Source: a virus. Taken from it: 64,000 bases of DNA. Positions 63,126 through 64,000 of the stretch are shown piece by piece (position 1 is the first letter of the stretch; each line of letters starts with the position of its first letter). The position numbers and the translations under genes were made by a program. The notes under the pieces were generated by a model. The model ran no database searches, was not told where the DNA came from, and worked only from the letters and a program-made list of their open reading frames with translations. The stretch lies in the IMG/VR virus record IMGVR_UViG_3300044769_000080, one strand, 5' to 3'.

Positions 63126-64000
63126 ATGTGTGTGATTTTTGGAGCATTCAAGGGTGAACGTCCTACCGAGGAAATGATTCGCCTTGGCTTTGTCAAAAAC
63201 AATGCTGGAGGTGGGGCGGCGTGGCGTGAGAACGGTAAGGTGCGTTATATGAAAGGGATGACGCTGAGTGAGGTACAAGTCATCAACAAGCACTTGCCTT
63301 TTCCGTATGTGCTACATCTTCGCAATCCATCAACCGGGACAGCGATTGGACCTTTCGCAACCCAGCCGTTTGTGGTAAGTGAGGACGCAGATTTCACCCT
63401 CAAGGGTGAAGCTCCGCAGGGTGTGCTGTTTCACAATGGTTTCTGGTCGGACTGGCGGAATAAGATTCTCGAAGCCGCTATCAATGGAGGTTGGAAGCTG
63501 CCAGATGGTCCGTGGACTGATACGAGAGCCCTTGCAATTATGGCACATCATGTGGGCGGAGGTGCGCTGGAATTCGCTGATGAAAAGCTGATTTGGTTCA
63601 AGGAACATGACATCCGTATCTATGGACCCGTCGGTGGACACCGAGGTTGGGTACAGGTGAACAAGATTCTTTGTTCCAATCGTGATTGGGAGCCAGTTGG
63701 AGGGACAAGATCAATGGGTTTTATCCCAGCCTCGTCCACCCAAGTGAGCATACCGGAGACGAGGCAGCAGGATACTGGGGATGCGGGTTCAACTAAAGAG
63801 ACGGCCGGAGGTGCGTCTCAAAATCGATCCTTTCGTAGTGGCGACGCTTTCGGCACAGCGGGATCGAGGGGAGATAAGCAAGAACGCCTTCAAGCGGGAA
63901 ATGAAAAAACTGTTCGGGAAGGGGTGGCCGAACAACGCGCAGCTCTAGTCCTCTTTCCAGGTGAACACATGTGCGAGGACTGTGACAAGGCTCTTGCACG
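63126..64000 (+). CDS. class II (Ntn) glutamine amidotransferase-like protein, 3'-truncated at window edge (more than 290 aa)
   Basis: Starts MCVIFGAF (Cys2 nucleophile right after Met). Open to the end of the window, so absent from the ORF track. Confidence 0.5.
   Translation, partial: MCVIFGAFKGERPTEEMIRLGFVKNNAGGGAAWRENGKVRYMKGMTLSEVQVINKHLPFPYVLHLRNPSTGTAIGPFATQPFVVSEDADFTLKGEAPQGVLFHNGFWSDWRNKILEAAINGGWKLPDGPWTDTRALAIMAHHVGGGALEFADEKLIWFKEHDIRIYGPVGGHRGWVQVNKILCSNRDWEPVGGTRSMGFIPASSTQVSIPETRQQDTGDAGSTKETAGGASQNRSFRSGDAFGTAGSRGDKQERLQAGNEKTVREGVAEQRAALVLFPGEHMCEDCDKALA

Noticed and set aside
1-64000. CRISPR arrays, integrase or attachment site, transposases
   Set aside because: No direct-repeat/spacer arrays, no tyrosine or serine recombinase motifs and no IS-like inverted repeats were seen. 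The element appears to be a virulent phage segment. The tRNA-like genes are not flanked by an integrase.

Overview
This 64 kb window is a dense double-stranded DNA phage genome segment (about 52% GC, very short intergenic gaps, TAATG and ATGA stop-start overlaps) with no host-like housekeeping genes. It has two transcription blocks that diverge from a roughly 770 bp regulatory region at about 29.64-30.40 kb.

**Virion module (positions 1-29630, minus strand).** Reading in transcription order: an endonuclease VII resolvase, three small ORFs, two tandem tRNA-like genes, a possible small terminase, then a large terminase encoded as two abutting ORFs (ATPase 26668-27540, nuclease 26030-26668). These are followed by the portal, an HNH homing endonuclease in an AT-rich island, an HU-like protein, a scaffold-like protein and a 314 aa major capsid protein. 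About 25 tail and virion proteins follow. They include a GC-rich secreted beta-helix protein, a tandem-repeat fibre, a tail-collar-domain fibre, and Gly-rich and Gln-rich internal-type proteins. A 3'-truncated ORF of at least 660 aa runs off the left edge and is absent from the supplied ORF track.

**Early and accessory module (30.4-64 kb, plus strand).** About 80 mostly small genes. It is unusually rich in candidate host-takeover and anti-defence functions:
- a divergent regulator gene with two GTGTAA-N3-TTACAC operators;
- a macro domain protein;
- a DsbA gene followed by a Cys-rich secreted protein and a lipoprotein;
- an SPFH/flotillin-like protein;
- tRNA-Lys(UUU);
- an NAD+ block (vWA protein, NAMPT-family enzyme, PRPP-synthetase homologue) consistent with a phage NAD+-reconstitution pathway;
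- a T4-like tRNA repair set (CCA-type nucleotidyltransferase, Pnk kinase-phosphatase, peptide deformylase, Rnl2-type RNA ligase) with two HNH endonucleases;
- a metallophosphatase;
- a five-gene cluster at the right edge (GGCT cyclotransferase, two glutamine-synthetase-fold amidoligases, a 167 aa unknown, and a truncated class II amidotransferase) predicted to make or attach a gamma-glutamyl-type amide product.

**Sequence-level regulatory signals.** These include three minus-strand sigma70-type promoters sharing the -35 box CTTGACAAWCC, two intrinsic terminators, an AT-rich palindromic operator array, and an 18 bp hairpin repeat GGCGGTAwwwwTACCGCC present four to five times in plus-strand intergenic gaps.

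All product calls come from motifs I can read in the translations. Hand-derived coordinates may be off by 1-2 nt.
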